Part shown: piece by piece, positions 51,060-64,000 of the stretch
Numbering within the stretch: position 1 is the stretch's first letter
Layout of the letters: each line of letters begins with the position of its first letter
Assembly (NCBI GenBank): GCA_951406725.2
Contig: OX597829.1
Location: forward strand, 33,170,001 to 33,234,000
Length of the DNA stretch: 64,000 bases
Reading direction: 5' to 3'
From: Octopus vulgaris
Lineage: Eukaryota
The notes under the pieces: model-generated
Told to the model about the DNA's origin: nothing
The model's input: the letters and a program-made list of their open reading frames with translations, nothing else
Databases searched by the model: none
Translations under genes and position numbers: made by a program

Positions 51060-53155
51060 TCCTGTTGAAGGCTGTGGGTCTGAGTGACTTGAACTGTTTA
51101 AGTCACTCAGACTCAGAGCCTTCAACACATTCCATGACATCCTCTTCACCATCTGGGACCAGGAAGACATCCCAACAGATCTATGAGATGTCACCATAGT
51201 CGCTCTATACAAAAACAAAGGACCCAGGACAGATTGTGGTTACTGCAGAGGGGTCACCCTACTCTCCATAACAGGTAAGACCTTGCTTTCATCCTCCTCA
51301 ACAGACTCATTGCCAATATCCTAGAGATTAACCTGCCAGTGGCCCAGTGTGGTATCCACCCTTGCTGCAGCACCATAGAGATAGTGTTTACCCTCTATGC
51401 AGGAGAAGTGAATTGAGCAGTAGATGTACCAGTACGCTGTGTTTGTTGACCTGACCAAAGCATTTGATACAGTCAACAAAGAAGCCTTATGGATCATATT
51501 CAGTAAGCTAGGTTGCCCACAAAAACTCTTCCACAACAACATGAAGCGACAGGTCTCTTCCAACAGGGACTACACGAACTCCTTCAACATCTCTAATGGA
51601 GTCAAACAAGGCTGTGTCTTTGTCCCAGCGCTCTTCAACTTGTTCTTGGTGCAGGTCCTCCTCCACACTGTGAAGAACCTTGATCTGGGCATGCAGATCA
51701 AGTACCAAAGTGATGGCTCCATATTCAACCTCCAGCACCTGTCTGCCAAAACGAAGACCAGGGTAATGTTCATCCTTGAAGCCCTCTTCACAGATGATTG
51801 TGCCCTCATGGCCACAGCGCTGGATCATCCATTAAGAAAAAGAAGCATGTGCTTAGGGCAGAAATGGTAAATGGTTTATGATACGAAAGAAATCACTTTA
51901 AACTTGCTAAAATAATATTTGGGATGCCTTTATCTCTACTAAGTATAGATGCAGATTAAGTATACCTAAGATTAATTTTGAGGATTTGATCAAAGACTTT
52001 ACAATTCAAAAAAGTAGGAGAAAACTTTTCAAATATAAATAAAGTGGGAGTATACAAAACTAAACATTATTTTCCGTTTTACTGTTTTGTTTTGTTTTGA
52101 AAATTAAAAATTTATTTTATGGGTTGTTATTGTTTATATCTTGAATTGCATAATCTTTTATGGAAGTACCAAAATCTTTTAAATATTTATGGCTTTGATG
52201 GGTCTTAATCCAGCTCTGCATCGCCCAAAGGAAAAACCACCTCCAGATCATCATCAATCGCTTCACTGAAGCATCCAGACTCTTTGGCCTGACCATCAGC
52301 CTTGGGAGGACAGAAGGCCTGCTTCATGCAGCCCTGAATACAACAAAACCTAAGCCAGCCATCACTATTGATGGAGTTGAGCTGAACTGTGTCAAAAGCT
52401 TTAGGTATCTAGGCAGCACTATCTCTGTAAATGGTTCACTGGATAAGAGATCACATCTAGGCTCCAGAAAGCCAGTCAAGCACTTAGTAAACTCAGAGTT
52501 AAAATATTACAACAGAAAGGCGTGCAGCTGTCCACGAAACTCAAGATATACAAAGCTGTCGTTCCCTCTATATTACTGTATGGTTGTGAAACATGGACTC
52601 CATACCACCAGCACATCAAGCAGTTGGAACAGTTCCATACAAGATTACTGCACACAATCATGAGCATCTGCTGGCAGGACAATGTCTCCAATCAAGAAGT
52701 CCTAGACAGAGCAGAGTCCACGAGTGTCGAGGCACTTCTACTCAAAGTTCAGTTATGTTGGACTGGCTACATCATCAGAAGACAGCTGATGTATGGTGAG
52801 CTGAAGGAAGGCACAAGGCAACAAGGAAGACCCAAGTTGAGATATAAGGACACCCTAAAGAGCAACCTAAAGTGATGTGGCTTCCAGCCTCACAAACTCA
52901 AGACTGCAGCCATAAAAAGGGCTACTTGGAGGTCAACCACCTACACTACTGTAGCTGCCTTTGAGGAGGATAGATGATAATGCCTTGCAGCTGCAAAAAC
53001 AGATGTCACTGGGCCACTGATCACAGACTACCAGTGTCCAACCTTCAGGCACCTGTGTGCTTCCAACTTTGGACTGCAGAGTCACATGCATTCCCACTGC
53101 TAATTGTTGAGACCACAGACTGTTTTCATCGGAAATCGATGGACTACCAAGGAGG
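51060..53155 (+). mobile_element. decayed RTE/BovB-like LINE, split by a hAT element
   Basis: FVDLTKAFDTV, GVKQGCV, LFTDDCAL, TKLKIYKAVV..LLYGCETW, GRPKLRYKD. Confidence 0.88.
51815..52218 (+). mobile_element. non-autonomous hAT element
   Basis: TIR cagcgctggat / atccagctctg; diverged 8-bp TSD catggcca/catcgccc; interrupts the LINE RT after DDCALMA. Confidence 0.75.
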
Positions 53156-53844
53156 ATATTTTGCAAGATTCTTTATGTGAATTCGTATGTTGAAGAAAAT
53201 TTTGTTGTGTCTGGGGAGAGTTATATTGTTTTAATGCCTTATTAGCTAACACACTCACCAGTTCGATTTCCACTCATTTATTATTTATGTTTTTTCTTCC
53301 TAAATTTTTGTTGCTCTTGCAATCTTGTCAATGGATGTGGACTCTATCCGTTATTGGAGTTGTGTTCTTTTTTGTCTGTTTGTGTGCATGTGTGTGTGTC
53401 AGCGTGCATGTGTGCTTGTGTATGCACATATGTATGCATGTATGTATGTATGTATGTATGTATGTATGTATGTGTGTGTGTGTGCATATATGTATGTATG
53501 TATGTGTGTGTGTATGTATGTATGTATTCTGCATATTCATTTGTTTATGTGTGCATGTATGTGTGTATCTCTGTTTCCATGTGTGTGCATGTTTGAGTGT
53601 GTCTACCTGTATGGGTTTGTGACTATGTATGTGCGTCTGTTATGTATGGATGTGTATCTCCATATGTATCTTTGTGTGTATGTATATATGTGGAGTGTGT
53701 GTGTGTGTATGGTCATGTGCTTCTGTCTCCTTTTTTGTGTGCTTGTCTGTCTGTATTATCTGCATACCTATCTATCTACTTATGTACACACACACACACA
53801 CAAGCACACACATACACACACACGCACACCCACCCACACCCATA

Positions 53845-54256
53845 CAAGTTCGTGAGTTCCTCAATCAAACATTTCCATACCGTTGGATTGGAAAGGATGG
53901 ACCAATTCCATGGCCACCACGTTCATCAGATATCACACCTCCAGATTTCTTTCTATGGGGCTATGTTAAAGATATCGTGTATTGAATAAAGATACAGGAC
54001 ATTAATGAACTAAACCAAAAGCTAACAGATGCGACTACAACCATTGATGAGGCTATCCTACAACAAACATGGTGAGAAATCAAGTACTGTCTTGATGTGC
54101 TTTGTGCGACTAATGGTGCCCACATAGAAGTGTAATAAATGAGGTAAAAAGAATTTGAAAAACACAGTTCAATGGAACAAATCTGATTAAGATATCTTAT
54201 CAATTGTCTTTGTAATATTTTTTTAAATTGTAAAAAGACTCTATGAACACCCTGTA
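53845..54256 (+). pseudogene. Tc1/mariner transposase C-terminus and right TIR
   Basis: RWIGKDGPIPWPPRSSDITPPDFFLWGYVKDIVY; ends caccctgTA. Confidence 0.88.
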
Positions 54257-54268
54257 CATATATACATA

Positions 54269-54329
<61 letters not shown>

Positions 54330-54332
<3 letters not shown>

Positions 54333-55045
54333 AATTAGAGAAAAACCAGCATTATTTAATTCAAACAATGATAGACATAAACCATATCATATAGAAAAAA
54401 TAAAATATATTATAAAACATATGAATAGATCACAAAAAGTACAAAAAAATGAATAAACAATATATGAGCGGTAAAAAGACTACGTACGTTTCGTGGCTAT
54501 AACTTCAATTAGATTTATAATTAGATTTAAATTTAATCGAAAAACAATTCAATTTAAAAGTATAGTCACTCTTCAGGTCAGCAATAATAACAATAATAGT
54601 TAAATAAATAATCAAATAGAATGAAACAGAATTAAACAATATTTCTTAAAGAAATGAAAATATGATTCTTCTTATAGAAGAAACTCTTTAAGAAATATTG
54701 TTTAATTCTATTTGATTATTTATTTAACTATTATTGTTAATATTGTTGACCTGAGGAGTGTTTTTCGATTAAATTTAAATTTAATTGTAATTCGAATTGA
54801 AGCGTACTTTCTTTTTACTTATATATTGTTTATTCATTTTTTAATACTTTTTGTGGTCTAGTTATATGTTTTATTATATATTTTATTTTTCTATATGATA
54901 TGGTTTATGTCTATCATTGTTTGAATTACATAATACTGGTTTTTCTCTAATTTATTTATATATTATATATTTATATTGTGAAATTTGATTTAATACTAAA
55001 TTGAATTTTCCCCTGTAAGTTTGGAGTTATACTCCCTAATATTAT
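54330..55045. mobile_element. fold-back HHR element
   Basis: Arms ~54330-54650 / 54686-54953, extra right tail; terminus homologous to 10240-10420 (minus). Confidence 0.85.
54478..54579 (-). ncRNA. type I hammerhead with elongated stem II
   Basis: gac CTGAAGA gtgactata..tatagccac GAAAC gtac GTA gtc. Confidence 0.88.
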
Positions 55046-55049
55046 ATTA

Positions 55050-55563
<514 letters not shown>

Positions 55564-55595
55564 TTTATTTAAAGCAGCAGAAAATTCAACAAAAC

Positions 55596-55633
55596 CTGTT
55601 ACTCTGAGTTTCACGTTCCCGTTCGTCGGACAG
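55596..55633 (-). ncRNA. compact hammerhead (CCGACGA variant)
   Basis: ctgt CCGACGA acg ggaa cgt GAAA ctc a gag TA acag. Confidence 0.82.
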
Positions 55634-55666
55634 CTTTTGCTATATATATATATGTATGGATGGATG

Positions 55667-55702
<36 letters not shown>

Positions 55703-55719
55703 CACACACACACACACAC

Positions 55720-56795
55720 ACTTTATTTAAAAGCAGCAGAAATATAACAAAAGCTTTTACTCGTCGGACAGTTTTGTTAAAATACAACAGAAATAACGAT
55801 GTCTTTTACCCGAATTTTATTATTATGCAGTCAGCAATTTTTAAAATAATGTTGTTTGTATATACATCAGGACCTAGACATGTTTTTATGTGGATGTTTG
55901 AATTTTTGGCGCTTATGTATATGTGTAAGTAAGCGTGTATGTTTATACTTGTGCACATACATACATAGATGTATATGTATGCATGTATTCGCTTGGATTC
56001 GTGTGGATGTGTACTTACGTACTTAATTCCATATATTTATGTGTGTATTTATTGCTAATACACACTTTTATATACACATGTATACATAATTTTATTTTGT
56101 GTACGTTCGTTACGCTTATTCACCTTCCTAGCTTTCTTTCTTCCTTTCCTTCGACGGAAAAGTATTTTCTCCCCCTATTCGTTACTTGTATAAAGTTCTT
56201 TAACTTTGCGCGCATCTCCCATTCTCTTTCTCACTTCTTTCGCTAAGATCCTTCCCTTTTCTTTTTCTTTCTCCCTCTCTGCATTTTACTTCTAGTCTAT
56301 ATGTATACACCAAATGATTTTTGCATGCGGGCAAGATTGCGTACATATGTATGCATAAGTATTGGTGTGTATATTTACGTCTTACATATACAAGTCTGCA
56401 TATGAATGTGGTCTGTGTCTATACGCCTGTGTATTTTGATATATATATATATATATATATGTATATTAGTATGCGTATATACTGTTGTAAAATATTTTAA
56501 TGTTTAATATGTTAATTGTATTAATCGAATTATATTTCATATATAATTATTGACAATATGTATTTTGAATCCGCTCTTCGATTTAAGGTTTTTCCTAGAT
56601 TTTTTATAAAGGATGAATTTATATTGAATTCATTTATAGATAGATTAACAAAACTGTCCGACGAACGGGATCTTGAAACTCTGAGTAATAGCTTTTGTTA
56701 TATTTCTGCTGCTTTGAAATAAAGCATATTACTCTACCTCTGGTAGTTGAGTACTCTTTTTTTCCACCTTGTTTCACATTTATGTGCTTATTCCG

Positions 56796-56800
<5 letters not shown>
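55720..56800 (+). mobile_element. (TA)n-flanked non-coding HHR element with short inverted 5' arm
   Basis: 55720-55780 inverted to 56645-56725; HHR at 56654-56691. Confidence 0.75.
56654..56691 (+). ncRNA. compact hammerhead (CCGACGA variant), stem II mutated
   Basis: ctgt CCGACGA acgggatctt GAAA ctc t gag TA atag. Confidence 0.7.
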
Positions 56801-56852
<52 letters not shown>

Positions 56853-57055
56853 TACTCTAGTGGTAGAGTAATATGCTTTAAATAAAGTATATAATATATA
56901 ATATGTAATAATGAAGGGTGAAATTAATTAATTTGGAATAATTATCAGTTTTTACTGAGATCTCCCTTTTAGTAGAAGAAATAGCTATAACTCTTTGACT
57001 GCTATTTCTAAATTGGTATGTGGTAAGGCAAGTTGCCAAACCCTTTATTGCTTAG

Positions 57056-57129
<74 letters not shown>

Positions 57130-57143
<14 letters not shown>

Positions 57144-58947
57144 CGTATGTGGAAAATCGGTATGTGTTTGTTTGTGGCGTTGTTAGCTAACTCTTCCGAT
57201 ATCGTTTTGTTGATTTTGATGAAACTTGATAGCTGAGTAAAACTCATGTCTGGAAACTTCGTGACATACTTAGATTGTTGAAAAAATTCGATAATACGGT
57301 CCCTGGAAGGGATCTTTATACCTACCTCATATAATTTATTTTTTAAACACCCAAGGGAAATAACCCATAGCACCTGAAGTTACAGTTGTTAATTTTTAGC
57401 AAAGCAATCAATATTTGATTCTCACGATCAGCGGACCTAATTCTGCATTTCACTACTCACAGTTTTCAACTGCTAAACCTTATTATTGCACTTTCTTGAT
57501 GCATATACACTTTCAATGCCCATAACTCCAATAATTCTGCATTCTTCCAGTTAAAAGTTTTCCATGACAGTACATAAATCTTTGATTCCAGAAACATATT
57601 TAATAATAATGAACTCATACTTTGAATGTTTAAAATTCTTAAAAAATGAAACCACTTTCACATCACATTCAGTTTGGACACCCTGTATCATTTATACTTA
57701 TTTTACAAAGCATAATATTTATTGCTTATTTACAGTTTATACAACATTTTCATGAAACTAATTGAGCCATCGCATTTAGAAATATTTTACAGGTTTCATT
57801 GTTTATGTTCGATTACTTTGAATATTAATTTTTTGTGTGTTCAATTTCTAATTTTTGCAGACAATATCACTCATGTGTCAAACCTCGTGACATACTTAGA
57901 TTGTTGAAAAAATCGCTAATAGGGTCCCCTCCACCATGGATCCTTCTATCTAACACATATTACTAATATTTTATTTAAACAACCCAAGGGAAATAACCCA
58001 TATCACCTGCAGGTTTTAGCAAAGCGATCAATATTTGATTCTCACAATCTACCGACCTAATTCTGCATTTCACTACTCACAGTTTTGAACTGCTAAACAT
58101 TATTATTGCACTTACTTAATTTGAATCTTAACCCTTAAAGACTTCATTCATACATTTCTATACATACATACTTTTTTGAATGACCATTACTCTGATGATT
58201 CTACATTTTTACAGTTACACTTTTTCCATGACAGTGGATAAATTTTTTATCCCACAATGTATTTGTAGTGGCTTCATGCAGGCATAGCGTGGATTTGATC
58301 TTTGATTGCCAAATTTCACTTAACACTTCAACAGTGCTTTTCTCACGGTAAAACAACAGTTTTTCTGTGAATGACAGCAGTTATACATTTCCCAGATGCC
58401 TTTGCTAAGTTGAATAATGTCTTTGCCACTTAACCCTTCTAACCTCTTCTAGGCCACCAAGGGAGATAACAGACTTCCAATGAAATCATTTGTTCTCAAC
58501 AATATGTCTATTCTTCTGGCTGCTTTTCAATAGTTATAAAAACATGAACTCCATAAGCTAAAGGCAGTTACTGAGAGCAAACATCAGTGAGTGTGAAAAT
58601 TTTTATTATTGCACTTTCTTAATTTCATTCTTAAACATTAAACACTTCATTCATATATTTATATACATATATACTACATTTTTATATTACTTTTAATAAA
58701 TTATCCTTCATAAAGTTCGCCTTTAAAATGCCATGGCAAGTCAGAGTACTTTCTTGCCAACCTCCGAAAACCTATCTTGCCAACCTGCAACCATCTCTCC
58801 CTCCTCCAGCTGACAGTTTTTGTACTTTTTCATGATGGAAAATACACCTTTTGTGACAGTTCTAACGAAATTTCTTTCTTATATCAGAGTAATAAGGCGT
58901 TTCAATAGAACATCTTTACCCCTGGGAATTACCGGGTACACCAGCTA

Positions 58948-58948
<1 letters not shown>
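57130..58948 (+). mobile_element. non-autonomous Helitron with internal duplication
   Basis: 3' hairpin ccc..ccggg + CTAG at 58945-58948; 57259-57497 duplicated at 57885-58117. Confidence 0.65.
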
Positions 58949-59000
<52 letters not shown>

Positions 59001-59017
59001 CATACGTAAATACTACG

Positions 59018-59058
59018 CTGCATTGATAAAGGGCAACAACCCTGAAACATGTCTGCAG
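59018..59058 (+). ncRNA. minimal hammerhead with two core substitutions
   Basis: ctgca TTGATAA aggg caacaa ccct GAAAC at GTC tgcag. Confidence 0.7.
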
Positions 59059-59287
59059 ATGTCTGACTAGCAAGGTGAAGCGGCTGACCTCCCCTGTTTG
59101 AAGGTTTGTAATGGACGCAGGTTCGTGTGTCAAATAGCTAGCTAGAGGCGATGGCCTCTTGGAGCTAATCAGCGACAGCTTTAGTCTTATATTTATAGAC
59201 TACCATATTAGTATGGCGATAACAATATATATATATATATATGAATAAATAAATGGAGTTTAACGTAGGTGTAAATCAAATATTTTT

Positions 59288-59373
59288 ACTTTCGACACAT
59301 GTTTCGAAAATTCCACTGATACTATTCAAAAGAATAAATGATATAAACAATGCAATCTTCTCTTCAGGAAAGT
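59288..59373 (-). ncRNA. type I hammerhead with elongated stem II
   Basis: actttc CTGAAGA gaagatt..aattttc GAAAC atgt GTC gaaagt; intact core, 6-bp stem I. Confidence 0.9.
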
Positions 59374-59626
59374 GAAAAAAACGAAACTCGTCAATAAGAC
59401 ATTTTAGCAAAAAAATTATGGATTTGTATAACGATTGACTGAACGCTATTAATATTGTTTAAAAAAACTTTATATGATATAACGTCATAAGTAGCTTACA
59501 GAAAGAGTAGGGATATTAATAGAGAATGTTAAACATAAAGGAAATTAAGGTTTGAATTATATATAATGATAGAGACTACTTATATGCACTAAATGTGTGT
59601 TTTTGCCAATGTTTACATCTGTATGC

Positions 59627-60289
59627 TCACTCTATAACCGTGTTTACTAGGGGATTTTTAGAAAAAATAATGAAAAATAGCTCAGAATTGCAGAGAAGAC
59701 AGAATTCCTTGCCTTTGTCATAAGGTATCGAAATTGAGAGAATCAACCATTCTAAATGAAATTGTTCACTGTGGTCTTTTAAATCCCAATTCAGTTTGCT
59801 GAGACCGGTACTATTACGTTTATTTCTATCCCTAAATGTTGAGTAATAGATAGAAATTCTTTTAGATAACTCTAACGATGTACTTCCAATGTAAAATCGT
59901 ACTTTATTACGAGTACTGATTATACACCGGTATATAGAATTTTTAATCTTAGAGTTACTTGACATGAACTTAATTCTATTGGAATTGACTTCAGATACAA
60001 TAACTTTGTTATTAATATTTCTAGAGGGTTGGATGGTATTAGCTAAATTAATGTTAGTATTAGTAAATGTATTAATATCTAACAGTTTGTTATTATGTGA
60101 AGAGATAATTTGTAAGAGATTTTTTGTGTTTGAAAAACCGATCCTAACCGTATGTGAATTGATAATAGAGTAATACCTTGAATTTTTTGGAAAATTCCTA
60201 GCAATAGCTTGACGAAACAGAAGTGAGAGATTAGATTTAATTTGTCTCCCGTAAGGAATTATTAACCAAATATTTTTACTAGTATTCAT
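59627..60289 (-). CDS. PLE C-terminal linker + GIY-YIG endonuclease (truncated)
   Basis: IWLIIPY, NSIYRC..FYIGSTS..KR, STGLSKLNWDLK, PY..CLLC..E; CKH motif follows an in-frame TGA. Confidence 0.85.
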   Translation of the reverse strand: MNTSKNIWLIIPYGRQIKSNLSLLFRQAIARNFPKNSRYYSIINSHTVRIGFSNTKNLLQIISSHNNKLLDINTFTNTNINLANTIQPSRNINNKVIVSEVNSNRIKFMSSNSKIKNSIYRCIISTRNKVRFYIGSTSLELSKRISIYYSTFRDRNKRNSTGLSKLNWDLKDHSEQFHLEWLILSISIPYDKGKEFCLLCNSELFFIIFSKNPLVNTVIE

Positions 60290-60750
60290 AGCGTAATTAT
60301 TTTTGAAGGTGTTATATTTACTTTTATTAGGATATTCCTAATTTAATTAAAACATTAAAACTTAGTTTATGGACTAATTCGTTTGAAGTAGTTGACTGGT
60401 TTAGTTCTATTACCAATAAGGTGAGTACTAAGTTTATCCAGTTTGATATTTCCAATTTTTATTCATCTATCAATCCAATAGTACTTAATAAGGCACTTTA
60501 GCTTTATTCTTTTGAATAGTATCAGTGGAATTTTCGAAACATGTGTCGAAAGTAAAAATATTTGATTTACACCTGCATTAAATTCCATTTATTTATTCAT
60601 ATATTATTCAAAATATTCCACGTAAACACGAAGTTTCTACTTTTATAAACAAGGAGTTACAACATCTTTACTTGTGAGATTTTTGCTACCCTGGTAACTA
60701 TTTATTTATTTTTTCCGTGTTAATTGTTAACAAAGTAAAAATACACTCAT

Positions 60751-60790
<40 letters not shown>

Positions 60791-60835
60791 CAATGATAAA
60801 TCTCAGAGTGAGTTATAAACAGTAGTGGTAACACA

Positions 60836-61080
60836 ACGTGATGCATATATGCCATTTGAATATGGCTAACCCAAAAGGGTGGATGCTACTGTAGTTTGTA
60901 ACCCCAGGAAGACACCTCCTCCTGCTGGCTATAGACACACTATCTGTGTCCTGTGTCTGACACAGGACACAGATAGTGTGTCTATAGCCAGCGGGAGGAG
61001 GTGTCTTCCTGGGGCTACAAACTACAGTAGCATCCACCCTTTTGGGTTAGCCATATTCAAATGGCATATATGCATCACGT
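60836..61080. repeat. 245-bp near-perfect palindrome
   Basis: Centre at ~60958 (tgtgtc t gacaca); only a few mismatches; flanked by (TA)n. Confidence 0.95.
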
Positions 61081-61372
61081 ATATATATATATATATATAA
61101 ATACAAAAATGGGACAAGAACGCAAAACATCCAGACAGATGATACAAAGAAAACAAGGATAGGTCATTCAGAGTTTTCTATCCTCAGTTGAGTTCCAGAT
61201 TATCTTTGCAATTTTGGCTGGTTATACTCAAGGTTGCTCCAATCTGGCCAGCCCCAAGGAAAAACTAAGCTAACAGCATTAGATTCCATGGAAGAAGGCA
61301 GCGAATGTATACAAAAACAAGGACGGAAAAAAACAGAGAAAGGTTACACAAATATATATATATCTATGTATA

Positions 61373-61404
<32 letters not shown>

Positions 61405-61409
61405 CACAC

Positions 61410-62350
61410 ATCATCATCATCATCATTGTTCGACCGTGGTCGAGACAATGGAATTTACCATGTTGCGCCAGACTTCACAGTCCATCATAGCATTACGGAG
61501 GTCCTGTTGCTGGATGCCTGTATCCCTGGAGATTACATCAGGGTAGGAGAGTGTGCGCCCTCTGGTGTTGCGAGTAGATGGCTTCCAGAGGAGAAGAGTA
61601 GAAATTACTTCTTTTTCAGCTCTACAACAATGTCCAGCAAACTGGACTCTCCTACCCTTCACAAGAGATGACACAGGTGGTAATTTCCCATATATTTGCA
61701 TTTTAGTTGGATGGCGCCTCCACGAGAGATTTTGAGCTCTCATAAGGAGGCGAGTGTAGGTTCCATCCAACCACCTCTCAAGCTTCTTTGATAACGTCCA
61801 GGTTTCTGAGCCATATAGTAGGATTGGTTCGACTGTGGCTTTGAATATTTCAAGTTTGAAGTCTCTACTTAGATTTGATGACCAGATCTTATGCATGTCA
61901 TTACAGGCTGACCAGGCCATACCCTTTCTAGTTAGAAAGTCTTTTCCAGATGATGATATGTATGACCCAAGATATTTATAATCAGAAACCATATTTAAAG
62001 GTGCACTGTTGAGAGTGTGGATGATGCAATCACTGTTGGACAGGCACTTGTTTATGTATTCAGTTTTGGTCTCATTAAGGTAAAGACCTACACAATTTGA
62101 GGCTTGTTCAAGAGATTGTAAAAGAGACTGGGCATTGGAGAGAGAATCACTGATAAGAGCGATGTCGTCAGCAAAGTCAGTGTCTGTCAAGTACTCAGCT
62201 GGGTGTCTGGAACTTCTTCTTGGTTTTATTTCAAAGCCCTTGCCAGAGATGGTATCAACTGACATACGTAGCACATAATCAACAACAATGATGAAAAGAA
62301 ATGGGGCGAGTGTGTCTCCCTGCAGTATTCCGGCCTCGATCGAGAAAGAT
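61410..62350 (-). mobile_element. RTE-X-like LINE 3' fragment with open RT C-terminal ORF
   Basis: GILQGDTLAPFLFII, DFADDIAL, YKYLG, LLYGSETW, RVQFAGHC; (gat)n tail. Confidence 0.88.
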
Positions 62351-62409
62351 GATGTTTCTAGGAACATGAATACACCAACGCCAGCTAGCCAAGCAGTGGT
62401 GAGGAATAA

Positions 62410-62447
<38 letters not shown>

Positions 62448-62466
62448 TTATATATATACACACACA

Positions 62467-62501
<35 letters not shown>

Positions 62502-63007
62502 GTATATTTTATATATATATATAATATGTGTGTGTGTGTGTGTGTGTGTGTGTTTATTCCTCACCACTGCTTGGCTAGCTGGCGTTGGTGTATTCATGTT
62601 CCTAGAACTTAACAAAAGAGACTGATAGAATAAGTACTAAGCTTTAAAAATATAAGTTCTGGAGTCAATTTTTTCAACTAAAACCATTTAAGGAGATGAC
62701 TAAAACAAATAACAGTTAAAAGATAAAAGATGTGATGCTAAATATTAGCTTGTTTTTTATTAGGTAAAGAAGCTTTGTAAGTTGCCACTGATGTTGCTGT
62801 TTAACTTTGGCTTAAATTTAACCTATGATCAAAAGCACATTTAAACAATGGCCTTCTTGCCTTGGACCCTCAATTCTTGACGGAATCAAAGAGACGCTGT
62901 CATTAATACATGTTTTGTGCATGTTCAGGCCAGGCAGAGCTCATCACTCTCCAAGTACCATCTCCTCTTCCTCTTACTTCTTGAGAGAGGGGGGCAGAGG
63001 GAGAGCA

Positions 63008-63047
<40 letters not shown>

Positions 63048-63426
63048 GATTGATCCTAGTACTGGTATTTTATTTATCAAACCTAAAAGATTGAATTGCT
63101 GAGTTGACCACAACTAGATTTGAACTCAGAGCAAAGAGCTGAGTTGAATACATCAAGGTACTCTGTGTGATGCTCCAACGATTCTGCCAACTATCTAAAA
63201 TAGATAAGACAAATAGCATCCTATAAAGCTGTATCATTCCCAAAGACTAACCTTAGCTGACCACTGCTACTTAATTTATTCTATTGGGTGATGAAGGGCA
63301 AAAGTAATTTTGGAGGGATTTGAACACATATGTAATACATACATGATTGCCTAAAAACATACTTAATGCTGCAAAGTGGGGTTCAGTCTATTCTGAAAAT
63401 TATTCACTGGCATAGCTGTGGTTCTA

Positions 63427-63520
63427 GGTAAATTCCACTATGGTAAATTTCACTATAAGTAAAATTCACTATGGTAAATTCCACTACAGTAAATTCCACT
63501 ACAGTAAATTTCACTATAGT
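63427..63520. repeat. ~15-bp tandem repeat x6 (rGTAAATTyCACTAy)
   Basis: ggtaaattccactat ggtaaatttcactat(a) agtaaaattcactat ggtaaattccactac agtaaattccactac agtaaatttcactat. Confidence 0.85.
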
Positions 63521-63624
63521 TAATATGGATACATTTTAGATCATATTTCATTCACACAAAGATGATGGCGAGTAGATAAAAATAAAGTTATGAAAAAAGT
63601 TTAATATATTTGAAGAAAATTCTT

Positions 63625-64000
63625 AGGTGCAGCAATGTCAAAGGAAGGCTAACTAGGAAGATGGTTTTTGTATGTGGCAGATGCTCGGGAGCATTAACCT
63701 CTGAAAATCTGCAGAAAACAACTTCTGTCACTTTCCAGGGGGAAAAACTAGAAGCAGTTGATAGCTTCTGTTATCTTGGTGACCAAGTCAGTAGTGGGGG
63801 TGGGTGTGCTGAAAGTGTAATGGCTAGAGTAAGAATAGCCTGGGCAAAGTTTAGGGAGCTCTTACCTCTGCTGGTGACTAAAGGCCTCTCGCTCAGAGTA
63901 AAAGGCAGACTGTATGATGCATGTGTACAAACAGCCATGCTACATGGCAGTGAAACATGGGCCGTGACTGCTGAGGACATGCGTAAGCTCACGAGAAATG
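63625..64000 (+). mobile_element. RTE LINE fragment running off the window
   Basis: Matches 7064-7440. Confidence 0.92.

Larger units (their letters stand above)
59240..60752 (-). mobile_element. 5'-truncated PLE with inverted partial pLTR, between (TA)n tracts
   Basis: GIY-YIG ORF, downstream same-strand HHR, and inverted copy 60503-60602 of 59240-59338. Confidence 0.9.

Noticed and set aside
59575-59629. In-frame TGA before AYRCKH as possible selenocysteine (some PLEs encode selenoproteins)
   Set aside because: The position aligns with Ile/Leu in the other two GIY-YIG remnants (SEIFSGCKH, NELFRSC), not Cys, and I saw no SECIS; more likely a nonsense mutation.
61162-61190. Minus-strand CTGAGGA t aga aaac tct GAAT as a hammerhead
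   Set aside because: GAAA is altered and no stem III/NUH/stem I closure is evident; at most a remnant.
63427-63520. CRISPR-like array
   Set aside because: Units are contiguous with no unique spacers, there are no cas genes, and the context is eukaryotic.

Overview
AT-rich, microsatellite-dense animal DNA made almost entirely of transposable-element debris. The SINE/LINE complement matches what I recall from octopod (Octopus-like) genomes; this is an inference, not a database match. No intact host protein-coding gene is supportable. Contents: six RTE-clade LINE copies (two long and nearly intact), RTE-X, BovB-like and RLE-type LINE fragments, tRNA-derived SINEs, Helitrons, Tc1/mariner and hAT remnants, a GG-terminal MITE family with an 8-bp TSD, and several Penelope-like element (PLE) remnants with GIY-YIG or RT fragments. 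The main hidden signal is about 25 complete, partial or decayed type I hammerhead-ribozyme (HHR) motifs, read by eye on both strands. They belong to many sequence-unrelated families, most lying between (TA)n tracts. They occur in three architectures: (i) downstream of PLE ORFs, (ii) in non-coding fold-back elements, and (iii) in 341-468 bp non-coding tandem units resembling retrozymes. Nearly all have a tiny palindromic stem III, and several have a greatly elongated stem II. Coordinates were counted manually and element boundaries may be off by several bases.
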